From: a virus
Lineage: Duplodnaviria > Caudoviricetes
Direction: 5' to 3' (one strand)
Length of the DNA: 64,000 nucleotides
Virus record (IMG/VR): IMGVR_UViG_3300021399_000099
Span: 96,001-160,000 of that record
In this document: piece after piece, positions 62,972 through 64,000 of the stretch
How positions within the stretch are numbered: position 1 is the stretch's first letter
How the letters are laid out: each line of letters begins with the position of its first letter
Position numbers and translations under genes: made by a program
The notes under the pieces: model-generated
Told to the model about the DNA's origin: nothing
The model's database searches: none
What the model saw: only the letters and a program-made list of their open reading frames with translations

Positions 62972-63124
62972 CTAATAATATTTTACAAATGAGGAATTCG
63001 CGCTTATTTCTTCCCCTTCTAATAAAATTCTTACGCCAAGATACGTTTCATCACAACTTTTATAAGGATAAAATTCTATTTTAAGATTTTCAGAAATATA
63101 TTTTTTAATATCTTCTTGTGTCAT
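62972..63124 (-). CDS. Small hypothetical protein (50 aa)
   Basis: Manual translation MTQEDIKKYISENLK... Confidence 0.5.
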   Translation of the reverse strand: MTQEDIKKYISENLKIEFYPYKSCDETYLGVRILLEGEEISANSSFVKYY

Positions 63125-63534
63125 GACTTTTCGTATTTCTTTATTTGCTCTCTAATTTCCTCACATTTCGCATTAGTGAGGTTTCTGGCCGCAGGGTGAG
63201 GAACAAACATAATTGGCTTCCCCTGCGCTTCAATTTCCGTCATATATTTATTTACTGTTTCCTTCGCCTGTTTTCCACATACGAGGACCATGTCAAAGTA
63301 CTTTATCCTTTTTATCACCTTTTTAAAGTGTTCGTAATTGGGCTTTGGTTTTTCCCTTGAGGTCTTCGTTACCACATCGGTTGTGTTGGAAAACATAAAA
63401 AAGTTGTCGCCCACCATTTTCCTGATGGTTTTTGCACTTTTATTGAAAGGGTTGGGAACAAATGTAATGGGTAGTTCCCTGTCACCCCATGCGTTTTGCA
63501 GTATGCATAATATTCTCATCGTGTTATTTATCAA
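63121..63534 (-). CDS. Uracil-DNA glycosylase-like fold protein
   Basis: N.S.K.I, VLVCGKQA, FVPHPAAR. Confidence 0.5.
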   Translation of the reverse strand: MINNTMRILCILQNAWGDRELPITFVPNPFNKSAKTIRKMVGDNFFMFSNTTDVVTKTSREKPKPNYEHFKKVIKRIKYFDMVLVCGKQAKETVNKYMTEIEAQGKPIMFVPHPAARNLTNAKCEEIREQIKKYEKS

Positions 63535-63889
63535 ATTCGGCTAGCCATTTTTGCTTGTCGGCTTCAATTTTTTCTATGTCTTTTGTTAAAACTTCTTGAA
63601 GTAGGTTTTTTACTGCTTCCTTGGACGTGCCGAAAATTTTATATTCATGACCATCACATCCATAAACAAATGCTTCGTAGTTGCTTTCGTCGTTGCGTAT
63701 TACATATTCGCCGTCACCGTTTAAAGACATTAACATTTCTCCTGACGGTTTCAGTTCTACTTTCCCATCATCGGTAAGCAAAAATATCTTAGCAGAACGA
63801 ATTTCGTGAAGTCCATATTCGTACAATTCACTATACCACCAAACCCATACAGAGTCGCCCGCCTTCAACTCTGAAAATTTCTTACCCAT
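63524..63889 (-). CDS. hypothetical protein
   Basis: ORF tiles operon. Confidence 0.6.
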   Translation of the reverse strand: MGKKFSELKAGDSVWVWWYSELYEYGLHEIRSAKIFLLTDDGKVELKPSGEMLMSLNGDGEYVIRNDESNYEAFVYGCDGHEYKIFGTSKEAVKNLLQEVLTKDIEKIEADKQKWLAEFDK

Positions 63890-64000
63890 AATTTAATAAT
63901 ATTATATTTTTGAATATATTATAAGACTATCCAGTTCATCTAACTCTTTTAATGCCAAATATGCCTCCTGAGCCTTTCGGTTACGCAGACTTGTTGCTGC

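Noticed and set aside
1-64000. Stop-codon reassignment (TAG to Gln, as in some large gut phages)
   Set aside because: Known enzymes are full length in the standard code, and TAG ends genes at natural C-termini (for example clpP at 50259, directly followed by the next ATG, and the PRS-like gene at 37707).
1-64000. CRISPR array, tRNA or rRNA genes
   Set aside because: No regularly spaced repeat-spacer array or cloverleaf was recognised, and the intergenic gaps are short. A tRNAscan/Infernal run would be needed to exclude them fully.

Overview
Gene-dense segment of a large (probably jumbo) dsDNA phage that uses the standard genetic code. Host-like genes (OmpA, DUF3575 plus fimbrillin, BACON, FISUMP, BspA-like LRR) point to a Bacteroidales host. 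Most genes are on the minus strand: small hypotheticals plus replication and metabolic genes (primase, SbcD-like nuclease, ssb, thyX, RNA ligase, dnaJ, clpP, trxA, mgsA, partial rfbB). Plus-strand islands encode probable virion, adhesin and lysis proteins. Main finding: a minus-strand cluster at 33.8-39.3 kb encoding nicotinamidase, a PRS/Adps-like protein, a NAMPT/Namat-like protein and an NH3-dependent NadE, with no adenylyltransferase visible in the window. The NAMPT-family enzyme has Ala where NAMPT has its nicotinamide-selecting Asp219. This suggests a deamidated (nicotinate/NaAD) variant of phage NAD+ reconstitution, and a Tad2/DUF2829-like anti-Thoeris gene lies just downstream. Three recurrent intergenic motif classes are also visible: a sigma54-like -24/-12 element (AGTTTGGCACGRTATTTGYA), a sigma70-like -35/-10 element, and a putative late motif (AC)TATTTAT. 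All functional calls come from recognising motifs by eye; no database searches were run.
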